Under the pieces are notes generated by a model. It was not told the DNA's origin. It saw nothing but the letters and a program-made list of their open reading frames with translations, and did not search any database. DNA of 64,000 nt from an uncultured Acidobacteriota bacterium (GTDB lineage: Bacteria; Acidobacteriota; Thermoanaerobaculia; Multivoradales; UBA5704): the NCBI GenBank assembly GCA_963700145.1, contig OY969474.1:1184001-1248000 (forward strand). Direction: 5' to 3'. The position numbers and the translations under genes are program-made. How positions within the stretch are numbered: the stretch's first letter is position 1; each line of letters begins with the position of its first letter. Below, in pieces: positions 47,497-56,141 of this stretch.

Positions 47497-49419
47497 CTAC
47501 TTCACCCGCGTCCCGTTCGGCACCGGCGCCGCCGGGTGGAGCAGGACCGGCGTGCCGCCGTCGGAGGCGGCGAGCACCATCCCCTGCGACTCCACCCCCA
47601 TGAGCTTCGCCGGCTGCAGGTTGGCGACGAGCACGACCTGCTTGCCCACCAGCTCCTCGGGCGTGTACTGCTTGCCGATGCCGGCGACGACGGTGCGCGG
47701 CTCCTCGCCGAGGTCGACCGCCAGCTTGATCAGCTTGTCCGACTTCGGCACCCGCTCGGCGGCGGTGACGGTCCCCACCTTCAGCTCGACGTCGGCGAAC
47801 TGGTCGATCGTGATCATGCGCCGCTCCTCGCGGGGTTTCTCGTTGGCCTCAGGGGCCGTGGGCGCCGCGCCCTCGGCGAAGTACGCCGCCTTGTCGATGC
47901 GCGGGAAGAGCGGCTGCGGCTCCGGCAGCGGCGCACCGGTGGGTGTCCCGCCCCACGCCAGGGCGTCGAGCCGCGCTGGCGGCGCCGCCGTGCCGACGCC
48001 CGCCAGCACCCGCGGCGCGGTCTCGGGCATGAACGGCAGGAGGCCCGTCGCCACGATGCGCGTCGCCTCGAGGCCGTTCCAGAGGACGCGCGACAGGCGC
48101 TCGCTCCCCGGCTCGCTCTTGACCAGCTTCCAGGGCTCGCGCTCGACGATGTACTGGTTGGCCTCGGCGAGGAGGCGCCAGAGGGCTTCGAGCGCGCGCT
48201 GGAAGGCCAGCTCCTCCATCGCCGTGCGGTAGTCGGCCGCGGCGCGGGCGGCGGCGGCGATCAGGGGGTTGTCGTCGCAGGGCGTCGGCGGAGTCTTGCC
48301 GTCGAAGGCGCGGCGCGACAGCGTCACCACGCGGCTCACCGTGTTCCCCAGGTCGTTCGCCAGGTCGCTGTTGTAGCGGTCCACGAACGCCTCGTCGGAG
48401 AAGCTCGCGTCCTGGCCGAAGACCATCTCGCGCAGCAGGAAGTAGCGCAGCGGATCGACCCCGAAGCGCGCCACCAGCTCGTTCGGGCGCACGACGTTGC
48501 CCGAGGACTTCGAGACCTTGCGCCCGTGGAGCTGCCACCAGCCGTGCGCCCAGACCGTCGTCGGCGGCGGCAGGCCGGCCGAGAGCAGGAAGGCCGGCCA
48601 GTAGACGGCGTGGAAGCGCAGGATGTCCTTGCCCACCAGGTTGAGGCGGGTGTCGGCCCCCTCCCAGTAGCGGCGGTAGCGCTCGGCCTCGGCGCCGTCG
48701 CGCCCGAAGCCCAGGGCCGTGACGTAGTTGGAAAGCGCGTCGAGCCAGACGTAGACGGTGTGCCCCGGCCGGCCGGGGAAGGGGATCCCCCACTCGAGAC
48801 CGGTGCGCGACACCGACAGGTCGCGCAGCCCGGACTCGACGAAAGCGCGCACCTCGTTGCGCCGCGCCGGCGGGAGGACCGCCTCGGGGTGCGCGTCGTA
48901 CCAGTCGAGGAGCGGCTGCTGGTACTTGGAAAGCCGGAAGAAGACGTTCTCCTCCGACTTCCACTCGACCGGCGTCTCGTGCACCGGGCAGCGGTTGCCG
49001 GGGAGCAGCTCCTTCTCGGTGTAGAAAGTCTCGCAGGGGACGCAGTACCAGCCCGCGTGCGCGGCGGTGTAGAGATCGCCGGCGGCGTCGAGGCGCCGCA
49101 CCAGCTCCTCGACGCCGATGCGATGGCGCTCTTCGGTCGTGCGGATGAAGTCGTCGTGGCTGATGCCGTACTCGCGCCAGAGCCGCTGCACGTGCTCGGC
49201 CACCCAGTCGGCCTGCGCCTGCGGCGCGATCCCCTTCTCGCGCGCCGCGCGCTCGATCTTCTGGCCGTGCTCGTCGGTGCCGGTGAGGAAGAAGACGTCG
49301 TCGCCGGCCAGCCGGCGGTAGCGCGCCAGGGTGTCGGCCACCAGCGTCGTGTAGATGTGGCCGATGTGCGGCAGGTCGTTGACGTAGTAGATCGGGGTGG
49401 TGAGGTAGTAGACGGACAT
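47497..49419 (-). CDS. metG: Methionine--tRNA ligase with C-terminal tRNA-binding domain
   Basis: YLTTPIYYVN..PHIGH, GTDEHG, YVWLDAL, GKDILRFH, KVSKS, NL.PAKLMG.ESQGM; start ATG 49419. Confidence 0.96.
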   Translation of the reverse strand: MSVYYLTTPIYYVNDLPHIGHIYTTLVADTLARYRRLAGDDVFFLTGTDEHGQKIERAAREKGIAPQAQADWVAEHVQRLWREYGISHDDFIRTTEERHRIGVEELVRRLDAAGDLYTAAHAGWYCVPCETFYTEKELLPGNRCPVHETPVEWKSEENVFFRLSKYQQPLLDWYDAHPEAVLPPARRNEVRAFVESGLRDLSVSRTGLEWGIPFPGRPGHTVYVWLDALSNYVTALGFGRDGAEAERYRRYWEGADTRLNLVGKDILRFHAVYWPAFLLSAGLPPPTTVWAHGWWQLHGRKVSKSSGNVVRPNELVARFGVDPLRYFLLREMVFGQDASFSDEAFVDRYNSDLANDLGNTVSRVVTLSRRAFDGKTPPTPCDDNPLIAAAARAAADYRTAMEELAFQRALEALWRLLAEANQYIVEREPWKLVKSEPGSERLSRVLWNGLEATRIVATGLLPFMPETAPRVLAGVGTAAPPARLDALAWGGTPTGAPLPEPQPLFPRIDKAAYFAEGAAPTAPEANEKPREERRMITIDQFADVELKVGTVTAAERVPKSDKLIKLAVDLGEEPRTVVAGIGKQYTPEELVGKQVVLVANLQPAKLMGVESQGMVLAASDGGTPVLLHPAAPVPNGTRVK

Positions 49420-49486
49420 GGCGCGCGCCCCCGGCGCGGGAGGACGGCAGATTCTAACAGCGACCTGACATACACTCCGCGCGCTC

Positions 49487-51178
49487 ATGCCCCGCACGCC
49501 GCTGTTCGCGCTGGTCGAGCGCTCGCTGCGCCTCGCCCGCGCCGCCGCCGCGACCGGCCGCCCGCCGGCCGAGCTAGTCGAGGAGGACGCGGCCCACAGG
49601 CTCGCCGCGCGACTGGCGAAGCGCGAGGCCCGCCTCACCCGCCGCGAGCTGCTCGGCGGCTCGCTGGCGCTCGGTGCCGGGCTCGCCGCCGGGCTCCCCG
49701 GCCTGGTGACCGCCGGCTGCGCCGGCACCGGCGCGCCGCGGCCCGGCGGGCGCATCCTCCGCGGCGGCGCCGGTGGCCTGCCGGTTCTGATCGTCGGCGC
49801 CGGCATCGCCGGCCTGACCGCCGGCCACCGGCTGCGCCAGGCCGGCGTGGCGGTGCGCATCCTCGAGGCGCAGGGCCGCACCGGCGGCCGCATGCTCAGC
49901 CAGCGCGGCCGCTTCGCCGACGGCCAGGTGGTGGAGCTGGGCGGCGAGCTGATCGACACCGGCCACGAGCGCATCCGCGCTCTCGCCGAGGAGCTGGAGA
50001 TCGTCCTCGACGACCTGGCGCAGGAGGACCCGGCCGTCGAGGAGGTCTGGTTCTTCGACGGCGAGCGGCGCAGCGAGCGCGAGGTCGTCGAGGCCTTCCT
50101 GCCACTGGTGCGGCCGATCGAGTCGGCGGTGGCGGCGATCGCGGCCGACGACGTCACCTACGCCACACCCGGCGGCGCCGAGGCGCTCGACCGGATGTCG
50201 ATCACCCAGTGGCTCGACGGCGCCGGCGTCTCGGGCTGGTTCCGGCGCCTCCTCGACGTCGCCTACACGACCGAGTACGGGCTCGAGCCGGGCGAGCAGT
50301 CGGCGCTCAACTTCCTGCTGATGATCGACCCCGACCCCACACCCTTCCGCATCTTCGGCGACAGCGACGAGCGCTTCCACGTCCGCGGCGGCAACGACCT
50401 CATCACTGCCGCCTTGGCCGAGCGGCTGCGCGACGCCATCGAGCTGGACTCGCGGCTGGAGGCGGTCGGGCGGGCAGCCGACGGCACGCTGCGCTGCACC
50501 GTGCGGCGCGGCGGCATGAGCCGTGACATCGCCGCCGAGCACCTGGTCCTGGCGCTCCCCTTCACGCTGCTGCGCGACGTGCGGCTCGACCTCGAGCTGC
50601 CGCCGGTCAAGACGCGGGCGATCCAGGAGCTCGGCTACGGCACCAACGCCAAGCTGATGGTCGGCTTCTCCGAGCGCGTCTGGCGGACGCGCCACCGCGG
50701 CAACGGCAGCGTCGTCGCCGACCTCCCCTTCCAGACCACCTGGGAGACCAGCCGCCAGCAGCCGGGCGATGCCGGCATCCTCACCAACTTCACCGGCGGC
50801 GCCCACGGCGTCGAGCTGGGCCGCGGCTCGACCGCGGAGCAGGCGGCGCGGCTGACGGCGGACCTGGAGCGCATCTTTCCAGGCGCCGCGGCGGCCCGCC
50901 GCGGCATGGCCGAGGTGCGCTTCCACTGGCCCACCCACCCCTGGACCCGCGGCAGCTACGCCAGCTACAAGGTCGGCCAGTGGACCACGATCGGCGGCGC
51001 CGAAGGCGAGCCCGCCGGCAACGTCCGCTTCGCCGGCGAGCACTGCTCGCGCGTCGCCCAGGGCTTCATGGAAGGCGGCTGCGAAACCGGCGAGCAAGCG
51101 GCGAGAGACATCCTCAGTGCGATGGGGCTGCCCTGGCCGGTGGCGGCCGACGCGGGACGGCTGCGGCGGGCGAGCTAG
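49487..51178 (+). CDS. Flavin monoamine oxidase-family FAD oxidoreductase
   Basis: IVGAGIAGL, LEAQGRTGGR, ELGGELID, FAGEHCS..QGFMEG; internal TRRELL Tat-like motif. Confidence 0.9.
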   Translation: MPRTPLFALVERSLRLARAAAATGRPPAELVEEDAAHRLAARLAKREARLTRRELLGGSLALGAGLAAGLPGLVTAGCAGTGAPRPGGRILRGGAGGLPVLIVGAGIAGLTAGHRLRQAGVAVRILEAQGRTGGRMLSQRGRFADGQVVELGGELIDTGHERIRALAEELEIVLDDLAQEDPAVEEVWFFDGERRSEREVVEAFLPLVRPIESAVAAIAADDVTYATPGGAEALDRMSITQWLDGAGVSGWFRRLLDVAYTTEYGLEPGEQSALNFLLMIDPDPTPFRIFGDSDERFHVRGGNDLITAALAERLRDAIELDSRLEAVGRAADGTLRCTVRRGGMSRDIAAEHLVLALPFTLLRDVRLDLELPPVKTRAIQELGYGTNAKLMVGFSERVWRTRHRGNGSVVADLPFQTTWETSRQQPGDAGILTNFTGGAHGVELGRGSTAEQAARLTADLERIFPGAAAARRGMAEVRFHWPTHPWTRGSYASYKVGQWTTIGGAEGEPAGNVRFAGEHCSRVAQGFMEGGCETGEQAARDILSAMGLPWPVAADAGRLRRAS

Positions 51179-51210
51179 AGCAATGAGCCCGTGACGGGAG
51201 CCCGTGACGG

Positions 51211-51284
51211 AACCGGCAGACTCTGACACGCTCGTCGACCAGCTGCCCGAGAACAAGCTCCTGACGGCGCGCCGCTTCCTCTAG
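51211..51284 (+). pseudogene. Remnant of a small antitoxin-like gene
   Basis: Restoring one base gives NRQTL(H)TLVDQLPENKLLTARRFL, followed by TAG where FLEYL would be expected. Confidence 0.4.
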
Positions 51285-51287
51285 TAC

Positions 51288-52079
51288 TCAAGCGCGAATA
51301 GTGATCCGTGGCAAGAGTTGTACGACCCGTGGGGCAACCGTCGCATTGACCAAACGATAACCTCTAAACGTGCCGTCAGATTTAGGCTCCAGTACAAGCT
51401 TGTGGAGCGACTCGTCGTCTAGGATATAGCCGTCCTCGTCGAGAAGCTGTAGCGCAGCGTCGCACCCTATCGCGGTGTCAGTCAGATTCCGCAGGATCAG
51501 TATCCAAGAGATCCGCCACCAAGAACTGTTTCGCTCGGTAACCCTCATCGAGGCACCTGCTATTTCCACCCATGGGCCTGTAGGAACCTGGATTGCTCGC
51601 TCGGGCTCTGCCTCTGGCCTTGGAGTCTTTAGGGCGCTCAGCTCCTCAGCCACGCTACGGATACCACGTGCGACATCGGCCCACGCTTCATCGCGGTTCG
51701 GCCATCCCGTGACTGCTACGCCATCGCGTGGAAGCGCTTGCAACTTGCCGAAAGGCGCAGGGTGCCAATCGCACTCACGCAGGATCACCGGCACCACCTT
51801 CGCCGAGCCTCCACGATGTCTGTCTAGCGCCTCCTTCAATTCTCGGCCGTAGCAATAGTCAGAAGCCATGAAATCAGCACTCACAAGCAGAAGTACGATG
51901 TCAGCCTCACGAAGATTTGCGTCAATGGCACCGTCGAGTTCAGTACCGGCCGTAATCTTGCGATCGTGCCAGGTATCGATGATCTCCTGGCGCTTCAAGA
52001 GGGCGAGATGTGCCTCGAGCTCGTCGCGAAGACCTCCGTCTCGATGCGAGTAGACGAAAAACAGTTTTAGCGCTTCCAC
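51288..52079 (-). CDS. TIR-domain protein with an unknown C-terminal beta domain
   Basis: FFVYSHRD, WHDRKI.AG, ADIVLLLVSADF.ASDYC...E, VVPVILR.CDW; AAGGAGG RBS; lower GC. Confidence 0.88.
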   Translation of the reverse strand: MEALKLFFVYSHRDGGLRDELEAHLALLKRQEIIDTWHDRKITAGTELDGAIDANLREADIVLLLVSADFMASDYCYGRELKEALDRHRGGSAKVVPVILRECDWHPAPFGKLQALPRDGVAVTGWPNRDEAWADVARGIRSVAEELSALKTPRPEAEPERAIQVPTGPWVEIAGASMRVTERNSSWWRISWILILRNLTDTAIGCDAALQLLDEDGYILDDESLHKLVLEPKSDGTFRGYRLVNATVAPRVVQLLPRITIRA

Positions 52080-52208
52080 GCGGCCTCCTTGGACCTCACC
52101 CGGTGGGGCGACTCAGCGATGAAGCCTTGCCGCTTCGTCCGCAGCTGTCCTACCTACCGGCGCAGGCAAGGTTGAGAGAGTTTAAACATGCTCCGTTCGA
52201 GTTTGGGC

Positions 52209-52451
52209 TCATGGGAAGGTCGGCAACTCGCCGCATGCTTCACAGATTACTAGCCCCAAGACTTGCTCACCGCAGTGCTCACAAAATCTTCGATCATGCC
52301 GAGTCAGATTCTCGCAGATATCCTTTGCTTCTCGCTGGCTTCCAGCTGTTGTGCTGTTTGCGCACCATGCCAGCCCACCGCCGGACACAATTGGCCCACC
52401 ACAGTCGCGGCAGAACCGCGATCCGGCATTAACCGCGCGCTGCGTTGCCAA
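52209..52451 (-). CDS. Small zinc-ribbon protein
   Basis: FCRDCG, FCEHCG and CEACG; AAGGAGGT RBS 7 nt before TTG 52451. Confidence 0.55.
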   Translation of the reverse strand: MATQRAVNAGSRFCRDCGGPIVSGGGLAWCANSTTAGSQREAKDICENLTRHDRRFCEHCGEQVLGLVICEACGELPTFP

Positions 52452-52743
52452 TTCGCTCACCTCCTTGTCGCGTTACCTGAGCGTTTCCGTCTACAGGTCG
52501 TGGCGCGCTCAAGGTGAGAGTAGCAGCGCCCCGCCCTCGCGACCGCTCTCCGGCCTCGTCGACGACCAAGTCGATGCCTTCATCAGCAACCTCCCCGGCC
52601 AGTATATGACCGCGCTTTAGTGGTGATGCCTGGTCCCGCCATGGTGGCCTGTAGGCTTCCCGATAGGCATTAGTAGTTTGCGCAGCCACGAATGTAGGGC
52701 GGCTTCGAGCGGCCGTCTACCTGCAGGAGGTCTCACGGGTGTC

Positions 52744-52756
52744 GTACACTGTGTAC
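52744..52756. promoter_or_regulatory. Palindromic operator overlapping the -10 box of the TA operon
   Basis: GTACAC-T-GTGTAC is a perfect inverted repeat containing TACACT, immediately before ATG 52757. Confidence 0.6.
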
Positions 52757-52990
52757 ATGCGTACGACGCTGACCATCCGGACCGACGAGCAACTCCGCGA
52801 GGCGCTCGAGGAGCGGGCCGCCATGCAGGGCAAGACTGTCTCGGAAGTAGCGCGCGAGATTTTGAGCGCCGCCGTCTCCGAGCGACCCCTGGGGGCGCGC
52901 ATCGGTCGCTTGCGTGGACAGCTCGAGCTGCCCCGCGAGAGCGCCGATCCCCGGCGCAGCCGGCTCCGCAAGCGCAACTGGCGGCCTTGA
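52757..52990 (+). CDS. CopG/ribbon-helix-helix antitoxin
   Basis: MRTTLTIRTDEQLREALEERAAMQGKTVSEVAREIL fits the RHH pattern; overlaps the PIN gene start. Confidence 0.85.
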   Translation: MRTTLTIRTDEQLREALEERAAMQGKTVSEVAREILSAAVSERPLGARIGRLRGQLELPRESADPRRSRLRKRNWRP

Positions 52991-53421
52991 AGGTCTGGCT
53001 GCTCGACACCGGGCCGCTCGTCGCCTACCTCGACGCGGCCGACAAGGATCACTCGCGGGTCGCGGCCGCGCTCGACGTCTTCACCGGGCAGCTGATCACG
53101 ACGACCGCCGTCATCGGGGAGGCGATGTACCTCCTCGCCGAGGTCCGCAGCGGACCCGCCCTACTCGCCGAGTTCGTCGCGGAAAGCGCCTTGCAGATCG
53201 TGGACTTCAGCCACCCGGAGGACCTGGCCGAGGCCGCCCGTCGGATGGAGAAGTATGCCGACTTGCCGATGGACTACGCCGACGCGACGCTGGTCCTCCT
53301 GGGAGAGCGCCTCGGGGTCTTCGACGTGTTGACGCTCGACCGTCGCGGCTTCACCGTCTACCGCGCCGCCCAAGGCAAACACTTCAAGCTCGTGCTCGAA
53401 GATAGCGGCAGGCGGCGGTAG
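52987..53421 (+). CDS. PIN-domain (VapC-like) toxin
   Basis: LLDTGPLVAY, TTAVIGEA, MDYADA, LTLDRRGF; TTG start overlaps the antitoxin stop. Confidence 0.9.
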   Translation: MKVWLLDTGPLVAYLDAADKDHSRVAAALDVFTGQLITTTAVIGEAMYLLAEVRSGPALLAEFVAESALQIVDFSHPEDLAEAARRMEKYADLPMDYADATLVLLGERLGVFDVLTLDRRGFTVYRAAQGKHFKLVLEDSGRRR

Positions 53422-53517
53422 ATTTCAGGGGCCTCTTCCCCACCTGGGATGGCCGAACTGCGCTTCGGCTGGGCCCCTGGCCGTTTTCCCTAGGCTGGAC
53501 GCCAACGTCCATGGGCT

Positions 53518-53855
53518 CCAAGGAGCTTTCCAGCTGCCGCTAGCCGATTTCCATGGGCCGGTAGGAGCTTCCCATGGGCTCCAAGCCACTTCGGCATGGA
53601 GCCCAAGCCGTTTTCCATGGACTCCAAGGGAAAATCCATGGCGCCCAAGCCGACTTGCATCGCGCCCAAGCCATTTTCCATGGAGCCCAAGCCGTTTTGG
53701 ATGGGCTCCAAGCCGTTTTTGCATCGCGCCCAAGCCGCTTTCCATCGGCTCCAAGCCGTTCTGCATGGCGCCCAAGCCACTTTCCATGGACTCCAAGCCG
53801 TTTTGCAGCGCGCCCAAGCCGTTGTGCATGGCGCCCAAGCCGACTTCCGCGCCGT
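53518..53855. repeat. Tandem array, 21-bp period, consensus about CCAAGCCRYTTYSCATGGNNY; about 16 units
   Basis: CCAAG at 53518, 53581, 53603, 53624, 53645, 53666, 53687, 53708, 53730, 53751, 53772, 53793, 53814 and 53835, with degenerate units at 53539 and 53560. Two units are 22 nt. Confidence 0.9.
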
Positions 53856-53906
53856 CCCGGCGGCCTTTCCAGCCGCCCCCGCCGCCAGCGCCTTGCCCCG
53901 CGCCGG

Positions 53907-56078
53907 CTAGCCGCTCGGCTTCCCCGCCACCTTGAACGCCGCCTTGGACGTCACCATCCGCCGCTGGCGGTCGAGGTTGCGGCCGAGGGAGATCGCGAGG
54001 CCTTGCGGGTCGGGCTCGAGCATCGAGACCTCCAGCGTGTACTCCCCGGGCTGGACGCGGCCGACTTGCAGGGTCGCGACCAGGTGGTCGAGGCCGGCGG
54101 CGCTGACGTCGCGGCCGAGGGGCTTGAAGCGCATGCCGCGGACCTCGCGGCCGTCGCTGCCGAGCACCCGGCCCTCGACCTCCACGTTCTGCGTCGAGAG
54201 GTTGTAGCCGGCGAGGAAGACCCGCACCTGCTCGCCGGCCTTGACCACCGGCATCGCCGAGGGGACGAAGACCTGCCCGCCGGCGACGAAGGGGTAGGCG
54301 TCGCTGCCGACGACGCCGCCGGCGACCTCGCGCACCGTCAGGCCGCCGCGCTCCGGCTGCACGAAGAAGGGCTGCAGCAGGCGGCTCGCGACCTTGCCGA
54401 AGTCCGGCACCTCCAGCGGCAGTGCGCGCACCGTGGCGCGGCCGCTGTCGGCGCTGCGCACCAGGAGGCGCAGGTCGTACTTCCCCGGCGCCAGGTAGAG
54501 GTCGCCGACGAAGCGGACGCCGCCGGCGCGCACGCTCTCGCCGTGGCGCGCGGTCTCGTAGCGCACCACCTGCGAGAAGTAGTCCGCGACCTCGCGCTGG
54601 GGGTCGAGGGCGTAGCCGTAGAACTCCAGCGTGTGGGTCGCTCCCTTCCCCTCGGCGGCGAGACTTGCTGGGTCCACCTCGATGACCACCGGCACGTAAG
54701 CGCCGCCCTCCGGCGCGCGGAAGGGGGTGGCGAGCGCGGTGGTCTGGAGGTCGGAGCGCTCGGGACCGAGCAGCAGCTCGATCGCCTTGGCCATGCGCCG
54801 CGACGCCGCCTGGCCCAGCGGCCGCGGCGCGTAGTAGCCGGCGCGATGCACCACCTTCCCCTTGCGGCCGCCGGCCAGGCGGACGTCCAGCTTGTGGTAC
54901 TTGCCGTCGTGCTCGATGTCCGGCGCCTCCAGGGTCAGCACGTAGGTCACCGTCGAGGTCTCGAGCACCCGTCCCATCGCCTCGGAGAGGTCGTTGGTCT
55001 GGGAGAGGAAGCTGCCGCCGGTCTCCTTCGCCATGTACCAGAGCCCCTCGGAGGAGAAGCCCGTCGGGTCCCAGTTGCCGGAGAGGCCGAAGGCCTCGAC
55101 GGTGTGGATCACCCAGTTGGCGCGGCGGAACTGCTCGGCCATGCGCTCGAGATCGCCGTAGGCCGCGGCGTCGCCGAGCGCGGCCGAGCCGCCGCGTGCG
55201 CGCCACTGGGTACCGCGCACGCCCCGCTCGCCGCGCATGTAGCTGTCCACGAAGCCGTCGGAGAACAGGACCAGGTGCTTGCGCCCGTCGATGCTCGCCG
55301 TCGCCCGCGCCAGCGCCGCGAGGCCCTGGGTCAGGATCCCTACCTCGGAGCGGCCCTCTTCGCGGTTGTTGCGCATCGTGTCCATCGCCATCTCGGGGAG
55401 GCCTTCCGTCTCGTAGCCATCCTCCAGCAGCTCCATGGCGAGGTTGCTCTTCTCGCCGAAGCCGCTGCCGATCTGGCCGCCGATGGCGGCGACGTCGCGC
55501 GGCGAGAGCCCCAGCCGCCCGGCCCCCGCCTCGTCGCGCTGCAGGAGCGCGCGGAAGTCGTCGAGCGCCGCCACGGCCAGCGCGCGGTCGGCGGTGAAGT
55601 TGAGCGGCACGGTGACGCCGCGGGCATTGGAGAAGAAGGCGATGCCGACGAGGTCGGTCGGGTGGAGCCCTTCGGCGAGGAGCTTGCGCGCCGCCTGCTC
55701 GGCGGCGACGAGCGACCGCGTGGTGGTGAAGTAGAGGTCGAAGAAGAGCATGAAGTGGCGGCGCGCGGCGGGGCTCGGCGCGGCGGCGGGAGCGGCCGCG
55801 GGCGCGGCGCCGGTCGAGGACGACGCGGCGAGGTCCACCACCTCGAAGGCGGTGACGGCGCGCGGCGTCTTGCCGTCGAAGACTTCGAAGTCGGCGGCGG
55901 TCAGGCCGCGCACCGGCTTGCCGTCCTCGAGCACCTGCACGGGCACCTCGACGACGACGACGGAGGTCTCCTCGGTGAAGCTCTGCTCCTGCGCGCGGAC
56001 CGCGGCGGGCGGTCCGGCGAGGGCGAGCGCGGCGAGGAACAGGGTGGCGAAAGGGACGGCGGCGCGACGGTGGGGCAT
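53907..56078 (-). CDS. Secreted VWA-domain protein (acidobacterial VWFA-related type), paralog 4
   Basis: Signal peptide, VVVVEVPV.V..DG.PV.GLT..DF, FFDL, GRK..VLFSDG, LA.ETGG-like motif, Y.L, HRAGYYA. Confidence 0.85.
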   Translation of the reverse strand: MPHRRAAVPFATLFLAALALAGPPAAVRAQEQSFTEETSVVVVEVPVQVLEDGKPVRGLTAADFEVFDGKTPRAVTAFEVVDLAASSSTGAAPAAAPAAAPSPAARRHFMLFFDLYFTTTRSLVAAEQAARKLLAEGLHPTDLVGIAFFSNARGVTVPLNFTADRALAVAALDDFRALLQRDEAGAGRLGLSPRDVAAIGGQIGSGFGEKSNLAMELLEDGYETEGLPEMAMDTMRNNREEGRSEVGILTQGLAALARATASIDGRKHLVLFSDGFVDSYMRGERGVRGTQWRARGGSAALGDAAAYGDLERMAEQFRRANWVIHTVEAFGLSGNWDPTGFSSEGLWYMAKETGGSFLSQTNDLSEAMGRVLETSTVTYVLTLEAPDIEHDGKYHKLDVRLAGGRKGKVVHRAGYYAPRPLGQAASRRMAKAIELLLGPERSDLQTTALATPFRAPEGGAYVPVVIEVDPASLAAEGKGATHTLEFYGYALDPQREVADYFSQVVRYETARHGESVRAGGVRFVGDLYLAPGKYDLRLLVRSADSGRATVRALPLEVPDFGKVASRLLQPFFVQPERGGLTVREVAGGVVGSDAYPFVAGGQVFVPSAMPVVKAGEQVRVFLAGYNLSTQNVEVEGRVLGSDGREVRGMRFKPLGRDVSAAGLDHLVATLQVGRVQPGEYTLEVSMLEPDPQGLAISLGRNLDRQRRMVTSKAAFKVAGKPSG

Positions 56079-56141
56079 ACGGCCTTCCTTCCTGCGGTGA
56101 AGCGCCCGCGCGGCGGGCGATTCAGAGTAGCAGGCGGAAGC

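Noticed and set aside
47497-50157. 886-aa extended MetG
   Set aside because: The extension overlaps the divergent amine oxidase gene; the conserved MetG N-terminus begins at ATG 49419.
51288-52079. Thoeris system call for the TIR gene
   Set aside because: No ThsA-type effector (SIR2/SLOG or macro-TM) is adjacent; only a generic TIR call is supported.
52460-52740. Short ORFs between the Zn-ribbon gene and the TA pair
   Set aside because: No RBS, motif or consistent codon bias; possibly a gene remnant but not supportable.
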